Assembly: GCA_032127795.1 (NCBI GenBank)
Contig: JAQBHM010000068.1
Span: 1 to 24,310, forward strand
DNA from: Bacteroidales bacterium
GTDB lineage: Bacteria; Bacteroidota; Bacteroidia; Bacteroidales; VadinHA17
DNA length: 24,310 bases
Direction: 5' to 3'
Below the pieces are notes generated by a model. It searched no databases, was not told where the DNA came from, and was given only the letters and a program-made list of their open reading frames with translations. Each line of letters starts with the position of its first letter. Within the stretch, counting starts at the first letter, position 1. Below, one piece after another: positions 1 through 10,562 of the stretch. The position numbers and the translations under genes are program-made.

Positions 1-34
1 AAACGCAGGAGAAGAACCCCTGTCTTTTGTGCTA

Positions 35-1075
35 TCAGATTGCTTTGTAATTGAGGTCAGACAGATAATGTTTTACGGTATCACTGATTGATTCTTTTAT
101 CGGGATAAAAGAGATACCGGTTGCTCTGACAAGCTTTGTGCTGTCAAAAAATATCTTTGAAAACGCTGCACTGAGCGTTGCGGTAGTCAGAGCACTTTTT
201 CTTCTGATGATGAAACCGCCAAGCCGTGCTGCCGCCAGTGCAGGGTATGAGAGCAGCCGGGGTATGGGAAGAAATGGTTTCCTGACATTGAGGGCTTCTG
301 CAATCATAACAAAAATATCACGGAATGAGAGATTCTCAGATGATACGATAAATCTCTCGCCGCAGGCTGAGCTGTTCATCAGTGAGGTCATCGTAAGAAC
401 CACATCACGCACATCTACATATCCTGTAATGCCGGAAGTATAGAAAGGCATACCTCCTGCTATTTGTGAGAAATACTGAGAGCTGCCCCTGGTCCAGTCG
501 CCCGGCCCGAATATAACGGAAGGATTGACAATGACTGCATTGAGACCCATCTCTATCCCCCGCCATACCTCAAGCTCGGAGAGGTGTTTGCTGACAGCAT
601 AGGCTGAGTGCCTGTCACTGTCATCCCACTGATGATTCTCATCAATAATGCTCTCTTTGTCTCTTGCTCCCAGTGATGCCACGGAGCTGACATGACAAAG
701 TTTGCCGATTCCCCGGGCCAGACAGGCTTTTACAATATTTGCCGTGCCGGAAGTGTTATTCCGTATGACGGTCTCAGACTGTGAGCTGTCAAAAGAGACA
801 GCCGCGGCACAGTGATATACCTGTTCACAATCTTCCATTGCCCGTATAATGGATTCATAGTCAAGGATATCTGCCTCAACCCATTCAATTGTTTTATACA
901 ATTCTTCAGGGTTTTCAGAATAATAGCTGAAAACCTTCATGACAATATCCCTGTTGCTTGTCTTGCGGAAGATAGCCCTGGGTCTCTCACCTGCCGAAAT
1001 AAGTGAATGGAGCAGATGACTGCCTACAAGGCCTGTTCCCCCTGTCACCAGTATCTTTTTTCCCTTCAGGCCCAT
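35..1075 (-). CDS. NAD-dependent epimerase/dehydratase family protein (extended SDR)
   Basis: N-terminal Rossmann motif ILVTGGTGLVG, HCAA, SSVASLG and catalytic YxxxK (YAVSK); 346 aa. Confidence 0.9.
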   Translation of the reverse strand: MGLKGKKILVTGGTGLVGSHLLHSLISAGERPRAIFRKTSNRDIVMKVFSYYSENPEELYKTIEWVEADILDYESIIRAMEDCEQVYHCAAAVSFDSSQSETVIRNNTSGTANIVKACLARGIGKLCHVSSVASLGARDKESIIDENHQWDDSDRHSAYAVSKHLSELEVWRGIEMGLNAVIVNPSVIFGPGDWTRGSSQYFSQIAGGMPFYTSGITGYVDVRDVVLTMTSLMNSSACGERFIVSSENLSFRDIFVMIAEALNVRKPFLPIPRLLSYPALAAARLGGFIIRRKSALTTATLSAAFSKIFFDSTKLVRATGISFIPIKESISDTVKHYLSDLNYKAI

Positions 1076-1194
1076 AATTTAATCTGATTAACCAATAATG
1101 GTATTGTAAAGTTAACTTCTGCAAAGCACAATCCAATCATCATTTTTCCGGCAGGTATGCAACCCAGCCGCTCCTTAACTCTTCAACTTTATTG

Positions 1195-1202
1195 TATCTT
1201 TG
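1195..1202 (+). promoter_or_regulatory. Bacteroidota primary-sigma -7 element (TAnnTTTG) for prfB
   Basis: TATCTTTG ends 17 nt upstream of the prfB ATG at 1220; no clean TTTG -33 box at the expected spacing. Confidence 0.65.
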
Positions 1203-1219
1203 TCCAAAATTATTCAATT

Positions 1220-2312
1220 ATGATTACCAATGACCAGATAAAAGACCTGGCCGGACGCCGTGACGCGTTAAGGAGGTATCTTTGACATTGCCGGCAAACT
1301 GCAGGAGATAAAAGAGAAAGAAGAGATCACAAAAGATCCGTCCTTCTGGAATGACCCCAAAAAGGCAGAGGAGGTCATGAGGGACATATCATCCGTAAAG
1401 AGCTGGACCATATCTTTTGACAAGGTAAATACTGCAGTGGAAGATCTGCAGGTGCTGTTTGATTTTTATAAGGAGGGTGAGGTCACGGAGGAGGAGCTTG
1501 CTGAGCAAACTGACAAGACTGTGTCACTGGTTGAGAAGCTTGAGCTGCGTAACATGCTTCGCCGCAAGGAAGATCACCTCAGTGCCGTAATGAAGATAAA
1601 TGCCGGCGCCGGAGGCACAGAGAGCAATGACTGGGCACAGATGCTGATGCGCATGTACCTGATGTGGGGGGAGAGCAACGGGTATAAGATCACTGAAGCT
1701 TATTATCAGCCGGGTGAAGAGGCCGGCATAAAGACCGTCACCCTCGAGTTTGAAGGCGAGAATGCCTACGGCTATCTCAAGAGTGAGAACGGTGTTCACC
1801 GGCTGGTGCGTATCTCACCCTTTAACTCACAGGGCAAGAGGCAGACCACCTTTGCATCGGTCTTCGTATCTCCCCTGATTGATGATGAGATAGTAGTGGA
1901 GATAAATCCTGCTGATATCACCTGGGAGACATTCCGTTCCTCAGGAGCAGGAGGTCAGAATGTAAACAAGGTGGAGACTGCCGTCAGGCTTCGGCATGCT
2001 CCCACGGGTATCGTGGTGGAGAACCAGGAAACACGTTCACAGGGACAGAACAAGGAGAATGCACTGAGGCTCCTTAAATCATATCTCTATGAACTGGAGC
2101 TGCGCAAGAGGCAGGATGAGCTGGACAAGATTGAAGGAACCAAGAAGAAGATTGAGTGGGGATCACAGATACGCTCGTATGTGATGCAACCCTACAAGAT
2201 GGTCAAAGACCTGCGCACAGGCTTTGAGACAGGTAACGTCCAGGCAGTCCTCGACGGTGACATTGACGGCTTCATCAAAGCCTGGCTGATGGAGTTCGGC
2301 GGCAGCCAGTGA
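1220..2312 (+). CDS. prfB: Peptide chain release factor 2, translated via +1 programmed frameshift: join(1220..1282,1284..2312)
   Basis: ATG at 1220 opens 21 codons ([21 protein letters not shown]) ending CTT-TGA-C; the +1 frame continues [14 protein letters not shown] into the 311-aa ORF, which has the SPF anticodon-mimic (RISPF) and GGQ ([10 protein letters not shown]) motifs. Confidence 0.97.
1271..1286 (+). promoter_or_regulatory. prfB autoregulatory +1 frameshift cassette (internal SD AGGAGG + CTT TGA C)
   Basis: AGGAGG at 1271-1276, TAT, then CTTTGAC at 1280-1286: the canonical RF2 recoding signal. Confidence 0.95.
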
Positions 2313-2359
2313 CCTCTTATAATGAGCCGAACCGTTGAGCCAGGCGGCAGCCAGTGACC
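2298..2359 (+). repeat. 17-bp perfect direct repeat GGCGGCAGCCAGTGACC (2298-2314 and 2343-2359)
   Basis: Read directly. The first copy contains the last prfB codons and the TGA stop; the second lies 45 bp further on in the intergenic region. Confidence 0.9.
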
Positions 2360-2438
2360 CCAGACCTTCCATGACAAAAAGCAGGATTTAATGGGTTATT
2401 AATCCGTTAATTTGCATTGTCATAAACTTTTTTACCGG

Positions 2439-4301
2439 ATGAATAAACGAGAAAAGCTTTTTGAGAAATTTCCGCCTGTATCAACCGAGAAGTGGATGGC
2501 TAAGATCACGGCTGACCTGAAAGAGGCTGATTTCTCAAAGAGAATGGTCTGGAAAACCCGCGAAGGCTATGAGGTGATGCCCTTCTACAGGGAGGAAGAC
2601 CTCGGGCTGCTGAATCACAGGAACACTCTCCCCGGAGAATATCCCTTTGTAAGAGGTTCACGCGTGGATGGCAATGAGTGGCTTGTGAGACAGGATATCA
2701 CTGTCAGGAATTTTGAAGAGGCAAACGCCAGGGCCCTGGATATCCTGATGAAAGGAGTAACATCACTCGGATTCATTATTGCTGATCCTGAAAGTATCAC
2801 TGTTGAGAATATTGCGCTGCTTCTAAAGGACATTCACTGTGAGAGCGTTGAGCTGAATTTCTCAACGGCAGGCAGAGCGAAGGAATTACTGGCAGTACTT
2901 ATTGAGGTGATGAAGGCTACAGGCACTGACCTGTCAGCTGTTCACGGATCCATTGCCGCCGATCCCCTGGGAAGGCTTGTCACCAACGGAAAACTGTGTG
3001 TCAGCATTGAAGAGGGGCTTGATTACCTTGCCGATCTTGTTAAAGAATCTGTTATCATCCCCGGACTGGATTGTATTCTGGCAGACGGCACCATCTTCAG
3101 CAATGCCGGTGCCGGCCCGGTGATGGAGCTGGCAACCACCCTGTCAATGGCAAATGATTATATGGCCTCCATGACAGCCAGGGGTATCAATCCTGATATT
3201 GCTGCCACAAAGATGAGATTCAGCTTTGGCATTGGTCCCGACTTTTTCCCCGAGGCTGCAAAAATAAGGGCCGCACGCATGTTGTGGGCCATGATAGTCA
3301 AGGGTTATCACCCCAGATCTGTCCGTAGCACTGAGATGGTAATTCACTCTGTGACCGGAAGATGGAACAAGACCCTGTTTGACCCCTATGTCAATATGCT
3401 TCGGACACAGACAGAAGCAATGTCGGCTGTGATGGGAGGAGCAGACTCCGTCACCGTTGAACCCTTTGACATTGCATTCAGGACCCCTGATGAGTTCTCC
3501 GAGCGTATTGCCAGAAACCAGCAACTGTTACTTAAGGAGGAGTCACACCTTGACAAGGTTGCTGACCCGGGGGCCGGATCATATTACCTCGAGAAGCTGA
3601 CATCCATTATTGCAAGGCAGGCATGGGCTCTGTTCATTGAGACAGAGAATGAAGGCGGATTCCTGGAAGCAGTGAAAAAGGGATTGATACAAAAAAAAAT
3701 AAAGGTCTCATCGGAAGCCCGCAAAAGTGATGTTGCCAGGCGGCGCGAAATACTCCTCGGAACAAACCAGTACCCTAACCTGGATGAGCAGCACATGTCA
3801 AAGGCAGACCTGTCAAAGGTTTTTGAGGTTACAGATACTGCCGGCGAAGAGGTTGAGACTGTTGTCGCCGTACGCGGGGCTCTCGAATTTGAAAGACTCC
3901 GTACAGCCGTTGAACAGTCAGGTCACAGGCCCCTGGCATTCATGCTGCCGATAGGCAATATGGCAATGAGAAGGGCAAGGGCCCAGTTCTCATCCAACTT
4001 TTTTGGCTGTGCAGGTTATGAAGTCAGAGACAACATTGGATTTGAGACGGCAGAAGCAGGGGTGAAGGCTGCCCTGGAGGCAAAGGCTGACATCATTGTG
4101 ATATGCAGTGCAGATGATGATTATGCCATCGTAGCACCTGATATCTTTACCCTTATTGCCGGCAGGGCACTGGTTGTTGTTGCAGGAAATCCTCCATGCA
4201 TGGATCTGTTAAAGGCAGAAGGCATGGAATACTTTGTCAGCGTTCGTTCCAATGTTCTGGAGACTCTTCAGATGTTCAACAAAAAACTGGGTATCAACTG
4301 A
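2439..4301 (+). CDS. mutA: Methylmalonyl-CoA mutase small (beta, non-catalytic) subunit
   Basis: KLFEKFPPVSTEKW..KITADLK, PGEYPFVRG, NMLRTQTEAMSA, DPGAGSYYLE; the C-terminal B12-like domain (RARAQFSSNFF) lacks DxHxxG. Start moved from ORF-track 2412 to the ATG at 2439. Confidence 0.92.
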   Translation: MNKREKLFEKFPPVSTEKWMAKITADLKEADFSKRMVWKTREGYEVMPFYREEDLGLLNHRNTLPGEYPFVRGSRVDGNEWLVRQDITVRNFEEANARALDILMKGVTSLGFIIADPESITVENIALLLKDIHCESVELNFSTAGRAKELLAVLIEVMKATGTDLSAVHGSIAADPLGRLVTNGKLCVSIEEGLDYLADLVKESVIIPGLDCILADGTIFSNAGAGPVMELATTLSMANDYMASMTARGINPDIAATKMRFSFGIGPDFFPEAAKIRAARMLWAMIVKGYHPRSVRSTEMVIHSVTGRWNKTLFDPYVNMLRTQTEAMSAVMGGADSVTVEPFDIAFRTPDEFSERIARNQQLLLKEESHLDKVADPGAGSYYLEKLTSIIARQAWALFIETENEGGFLEAVKKGLIQKKIKVSSEARKSDVARRREILLGTNQYPNLDEQHMSKADLSKVFEVTDTAGEEVETVVAVRGALEFERLRTAVEQSGHRPLAFMLPIGNMAMRRARAQFSSNFFGCAGYEVRDNIGFETAEAGVKAALEAKADIIVICSADDDYAIVAPDIFTLIAGRALVVVAGNPPCMDLLKAEGMEYFVSVRSNVLETLQMFNKKLGIN

Positions 4302-4307
4302 AAAGAG

Positions 4308-6464
<2,157 letters not shown>

Positions 6465-6486
6465 GAAAGAAAATATGTTTCAGGGA

Positions 6487-6528
6487 GAGTGGCTGCCGGT
6501 TAATTTCGGCTGCCGCTTTTTCATTTTT
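6487..6528 (+). terminator. Probable rho-independent terminator of mutAB
   Basis: GAGTGGCTGCCGG-TTAATT-TCGGCTGCCGCTT forms a ~13-bp stem (G-U pairs, one U-U mismatch) running into TTTTTCATTTTT, 22 nt after the mutB stop. Confidence 0.6.
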
Positions 6529-6556
6529 AATTATCTTGCATGACAAATATGAAACA

Positions 6557-7132
6557 ATGAAAAAGATCCTTCTTCTCTTATTAGTGGCCGGTATAGCCCT
6601 GACCGGATGCCGTACCTCAAGGGTCGCATCAATGGAGACTGATACGTCGCCGCCATTGCCGGGGATTCCGGTTATTGATGATGCCTCAGAACATGTATGG
6701 GATTTCCGTGATGCCACAACATGGATACTGGGAGACATGAACCCGGACAAGCTTCTCGAATCACCCCATTCATCATGGTACCTGAAAGGCTACAGTGAAT
6801 ATGACCCTGACGCCGGAGTTTTGGATGAGCTTAAAAACATCAGTAAAGACGGGCTTACTATCACAGTAGTCCTGGCTACATGGTGCCCCGACAGCCGCAG
6901 AGAAGTGCCGAGATTCATGAAAATTATTGACCTGTGGGGTTTTCCGGTGAGCTCCATAAGATTCATAGGAGTAGATATCAATAAGATAGCTCCGCTGGGA
7001 GATTTTCATTTGCTTGGTATTGAAAGAGTGCCTACATTTATTTTCTATAAAAATAATGTTGAAAAAGGACGCATCATTGAAGTTCCGATTTCGTCTTTAG
7101 AAAAGGATACAAGAGATATCCTCGTAGAATAA
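6557..7132 (+). CDS. Thioredoxin-fold lipoprotein with CxxS active site
   Basis: MKKILLLLLVAGIALTG-C is a lipoprotein signal with lipobox; TWCPDSRREVPRF motif; cis-Pro loop ERVPTFIFY. Start moved from TTG 6536 to ATG 6557. Confidence 0.8.
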   Translation: MKKILLLLLVAGIALTGCRTSRVASMETDTSPPLPGIPVIDDASEHVWDFRDATTWILGDMNPDKLLESPHSSWYLKGYSEYDPDAGVLDELKNISKDGLTITVVLATWCPDSRREVPRFMKIIDLWGFPVSSIRFIGVDINKIAPLGDFHLLGIERVPTFIFYKNNVEKGRIIEVPISSLEKDTRDILVE

Positions 7133-7159
7133 CAGAAGAACAACTTAATACTTTACCCA

Positions 7160-7645
7160 ATGGAAGAAGAAAAAAATAAACAGGCAGCAGGCATGGGTGT
7201 AGGAGCGCTCGTCACAGGTATTATTGCTTTCCTGCTGGCAGTGGTGCCCTGTATCGGCATTATTGCCGTTATCCCGGCTATAATAGCTATCGTTCTTGCC
7301 ATTATCGGCCTGTCAAGACCCGGCACCAACCAGGGTATGCTCATCGGAGGCCTCGTGGTTGCAGTGATAGCCCTGATGATCTCATTATCACAATCCGTTA
7401 TCATTGGCAAGATTGCCGACAAATCCGGAGGATGGGCTACTGACATTGAAAAGGCTGTCAGGGATATCACAGATGATATTGAGAAGGAGTTTGGATCCAA
7501 TGAGATCACCATCCGTGTTGACAAGGATGATGAGAGCGTGGAGATCAAGGCTTCCACCCGCAGAGATGATCTCAAGAACAAACTTGAAGAGCTGGAGGAA
7601 ACACCCGTCGAAGGTGATACTACCCACACTGACACGGTAAAATAA
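7160..7645 (+). CDS. Small membrane protein, DUF4190-like, with acidic soluble C-terminal tail
   Basis: 2-3 hydrophobic helices (GVGALVTGIIAFLLAVVPCIGIIAVIPAIIAIVLAIIGL; GMLIGGLVVAVIALMISL) followed by a charged tail. Confidence 0.6.
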   Translation: MEEEKNKQAAGMGVGALVTGIIAFLLAVVPCIGIIAVIPAIIAIVLAIIGLSRPGTNQGMLIGGLVVAVIALMISLSQSVIIGKIADKSGGWATDIEKAVRDITDDIEKEFGSNEITIRVDKDDESVEIKASTRRDDLKNKLEELEETPVEGDTTHTDTVK

Positions 7646-7659
7646 GCTCCCTTGACGCT

Positions 7660-8076
7660 GTGATAAAAACAGCCGCCCGGAGAGCGTACCTTGCTGTAAA
7701 TATAATATTTGCCGGAGTGATCCTGTTAATAATGGGATACTCCGGTTTTTATTCCCCGGATGAGGATAAATACCCCGTTCCGTGCCTTCATGAGACCCTG
7801 ACAGGTGTCTCCTGCCCTTCATGCGGACTGTCACATGCATTCTCACTGATTGTCAGAGGCCGTATTGATGAAGCATTGCAGTGGAACACAGCCTCCACCG
7901 GTGTCTTCCTGTTTTTTGCACTCCAGCTTGCAATGAGGATAGCGATAGGTTCCAGGATTTATTATACTGACAGGCATCTGCACAAAATATCAGTTGCTGA
8001 TGCTACAGTGTCATCGCTGATGGCCCTGGCGGCATTCTTTCCCTTTCTCAGGGCACTGTGGCTTACCCTCGTCTGA
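7660..8076 (+). CDS. DUF2752 family membrane protein
   Basis: GTG start; signature PCLHETLTGVSCPSCGLSHAF (C-x5-TG-x2-CPxCG) flanked by TM helices. Confidence 0.8.
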   Translation: MIKTAARRAYLAVNIIFAGVILLIMGYSGFYSPDEDKYPVPCLHETLTGVSCPSCGLSHAFSLIVRGRIDEALQWNTASTGVFLFFALQLAMRIAIGSRIYYTDRHLHKISVADATVSSLMALAAFFPFLRALWLTLV

Positions 8077-8079
8077 GGT

Positions 8080-8553
8080 TCATTCGCTGAAGAGAGAGTT
8101 AAGCGCCTCGTAAACCAGATGACTTTCATATCCTTTTCCAAGGGCATGTCTCAGCAGCCTGGCCTTAAGGTCATACCTGTTCTTTGCCTTTACTGAACGG
8201 CTGTGCGTCTCAAGGATCTCCTTCAGTCTGGCCAGGTACTCTTCACTGTCGATAGCATCAAGCCCTTCAGCAATGGCAGCGGCAGGCAGCTTCTTCATCC
8301 TGAGGCCTGCACTGATTTTCACTTTCCCCCAGTGCTGGTACCTGAAGTGATCTCTCGCAAAAGCTCTGCAATATCTATTCTCGTCAATATATTTCTCGGC
8401 GATGAGCTTACTGATGATGCCGGCAATTTTCTCTTCGTCTTTCTCTCCCCACTGGGCTATCTTCGCTGTTATGTCGCTCACGCAATACTCCCTGCCTGAA
8501 CAAAGCTGCTGCGCCCGCAGAAGAAGCTCTACCTCACGTTTGATGTCATTCAT
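8080..8553 (-). CDS. recX: Regulatory protein RecX
   Basis: LCSGREYCVSDI, KYIDENRY..AFARD, WGKVKI, ALGKGYE motifs; overlaps the prmC stop by 8 bp. Confidence 0.9.
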   Translation of the reverse strand: MNDIKREVELLLRAQQLCSGREYCVSDITAKIAQWGEKDEEKIAGIISKLIAEKYIDENRYCRAFARDHFRYQHWGKVKISAGLRMKKLPAAAIAEGLDAIDSEEYLARLKEILETHSRSVKAKNRYDLKARLLRHALGKGYESHLVYEALNSLFSE

Positions 8554-9412
8554 TTTTCAAAGCTTTCAGGAATCTTTTTTTTCCGTTTATATCTTCTGTG
8601 ACGGTGATATCTGTGAATCCGTACTCTTCAAACAGCTCTGCAGTCTCCCTTCCCAGTGCTTCATTGATCTCAAGATATATCTTTCCGTTCACAAAGAGAC
8701 ATGAATCAGCAATTGAAGCTATACGGCGGTAAAAAATAAGAGGGTCATCATCATTTACAAAAAGCGCTTCCGGCGGTTCATGATCAAGGACATTGGTACG
8801 CATCAGTTTTTTTTCACTCTGCCGGACATAGGGAGGATTGCTGACAATAATGTTACAGTGAGGGAATTCCGATGGCGGAGCAGACAGTATATCCTTACTG
8901 AAAAAGTTCACCGGTGTTTCATTGGCTTTGGCATTTCGGGCGGCGAGGGTGAGAGCTTTTTCCGAGTTGTCAGTAGCAAATACAGTTGCATTAGGGAATG
9001 CTGCCGCCACTGACACGGCGATGCATCCTGATCCGGTGCAAAGATCTATTGCAGTACCGGTGAACCCCGGGTTTTCGTCAATCATCATTGCAGTCATCTC
9101 TTCTGTCTCTGGTCGTGGTATCAGCACCCCGGGTTCAACAATGATACGGTGTCCGCAGAATAGGGTATGGCCGATAATATACTGCAGGGGTTCACCTGCT
9201 GCTGCTCTCTTTGCTGCTGTGATGACAGCGGAGGCATTTTCCGGCGGCAGCGATTGTGTTCCGAAAGCCATCTGGCGGGCACCGCTCATGCCGGTATACT
9301 CCTCGATGATGACAGTGATCATGGCTCCTGCCTCTGCTGCCGGCCACTGACCTTCAAACATAAGGGCAAGATGACGGCGTATTTCGCTTATTGTTTGTAA
9401 CTTTTCAGCCAT
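8546..9412 (-). CDS. prmC: Release factor glutamine methyltransferase (HemK/PrmC)
   Basis: GEPLQYIIG, VLIPRPETEE, SAM-binding DLCTGSGCIA, catalytic SNPPY. Confidence 0.95.
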   Translation of the reverse strand: MAEKLQTISEIRRHLALMFEGQWPAAEAGAMITVIIEEYTGMSGARQMAFGTQSLPPENASAVITAAKRAAAGEPLQYIIGHTLFCGHRIIVEPGVLIPRPETEEMTAMMIDENPGFTGTAIDLCTGSGCIAVSVAAAFPNATVFATDNSEKALTLAARNAKANETPVNFFSKDILSAPPSEFPHCNIIVSNPPYVRQSEKKLMRTNVLDHEPPEALFVNDDDPLIFYRRIASIADSCLFVNGKIYLEINEALGRETAELFEEYGFTDITVTEDINGKKRFLKALKNE

Positions 9413-9416
9413 TTTC

Positions 9417-9424
9417 CAAAGATA
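9417..9424 (-). promoter_or_regulatory. -7 element (TATCTTTG on minus strand) for prmC-recX
   Basis: Plus-strand CAAAGATA; only 4 nt separate it from the prmC ATG. Confidence 0.6.
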
Positions 9425-9438
9425 GGCAATTGCGATTT

Positions 9439-10500
9439 ATGGCTCAGTCTGAAGATTCAATATATATGACCCGGTGCCTGGAACTGGCGGGCATGGCGGA
9501 GGGTTATACCAGTCCCAACCCTATGGTAGGGGCGGTGGTGGTCCATGAAGGAAAGATCATAGGTGAGGGTTTTCACAGGAGAGCGGGTACTCCGCATGCG
9601 GAGGTTCATGCCCTTGAGGCGGTGAGCGATAAGTCACTGCTGGCGCATTCAACCCTGTATGTAAGCCTGGAACCCTGCTCGCATCATGGCCGTACACCTC
9701 CCTGTGCAGACCTTATTATAAGATCAGGAATACCCAGGGTGGTGGTGGGCACAGCTGACAGCAACGCCGGTGTCTCAGGAAAAGGCATCGAAAGAATGAG
9801 ACAATCCGGTATAGAGGTCATAACCGGTACAGAGGAGGCTAAATGCAGGGAAATAAACAAGCGGTTTTTCACCTGGCATGAGAAGAAAAGACCGTACGTC
9901 ATACTTAAGTGGGCACGCAGCGCTGACGGTTTTATTGACTTTGAGCGGGGTGCGGGCGAGGCTGCAGAGCCACACTGGATTACGGGAATGGCGGAGCGAC
10001 TGCTGGTACACAGGTGGAGAGCGGCAGAAGATGCCATTCTTGCCGGCGGCGCCACCGTGCGTCTTGACAACCCTGCACTTGATGTACGCTACTGGACGGG
10101 AAAGAACCCGTTGCGGGTCATTGTAAGCCGCAGCGGCAACATTGATCCCGGGTCAAAGATATTCAATCCTACGGCAGAGGTTCTGCTCTTTACAAGAAAT
10201 GCCGGCGTAACATCATCATATGCAAAGGTCATCGTCATGAAGAATGACCAGGATACTGTAGATACAATACTCAACACCCTGTATGACATGGAGATACAAT
10301 CGCTCTTCGTGGAGGGTGGCGCTGCAATCCTCGCTGCTTTCATTGCCTCCGGCAAATGGGATGAGATACGCCGGTTCACCGGCAAGGAGAGTTTCGGTGG
10401 GGGTGTCGCAGAGCCGGTTCATAAGATAGCCCCTGACAGGGTAGTCCGCTTTGGAAGGAGTATCCTGGAGTTCAGTTTTAATTTGGACTCTTCCTGCTGA
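9439..10500 (+). CDS. ribD: Bifunctional riboflavin biosynthesis deaminase/reductase
   Basis: SPNPMVGAV, zinc-deaminase HAE and EPCSHHGRTPPC, reductase LKWARSADG and SLFVEGG. Start moved to ATG 9439; the ORF-track start at 9391 would overlap prmC. Confidence 0.95.
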   Translation: MAQSEDSIYMTRCLELAGMAEGYTSPNPMVGAVVVHEGKIIGEGFHRRAGTPHAEVHALEAVSDKSLLAHSTLYVSLEPCSHHGRTPPCADLIIRSGIPRVVVGTADSNAGVSGKGIERMRQSGIEVITGTEEAKCREINKRFFTWHEKKRPYVILKWARSADGFIDFERGAGEAAEPHWITGMAERLLVHRWRAAEDAILAGGATVRLDNPALDVRYWTGKNPLRVIVSRSGNIDPGSKIFNPTAEVLLFTRNAGVTSSYAKVIVMKNDQDTVDTILNTLYDMEIQSLFVEGGAAILAAFIASGKWDEIRRFTGKESFGGGVAEPVHKIAPDRVVRFGRSILEFSFNLDSSC

Positions 10501-10526
10501 CATATTTTATGTTAAGAAAATGTTTA

Positions 10527-10534
10527 TAACTTTG
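10527..10534 (+). promoter_or_regulatory. -7 element (TAACTTTG) for the caspase/sensor-phosphatase pair
   Basis: Exact TAnnTTTG in the AT-rich gap after ribD, 28 nt upstream of ATG 10563; no canonical -33 TTTG at 19-21 bp. Confidence 0.6.
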
Positions 10535-10562
10535 AGCTTCATTGAAGTTAAGGACGAAAGCT

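Noticed and set aside
2313-2438. Cobalamin riboswitch upstream of mutAB (GAGCCAG ... AGACCTTCC resembles a split B12 box)
   Set aside because: The two halves are 18 nt apart, the GGGAA and CCCGCAACTGT-type core elements are absent, and the spacer is short.
3691-3699. A9 homopolymer in mutA (also T8 runs in prmC) as phase-variation sites
   Set aside because: Frames are intact, the runs encode Lys-rich stretches in conserved enzymes, and they are short.
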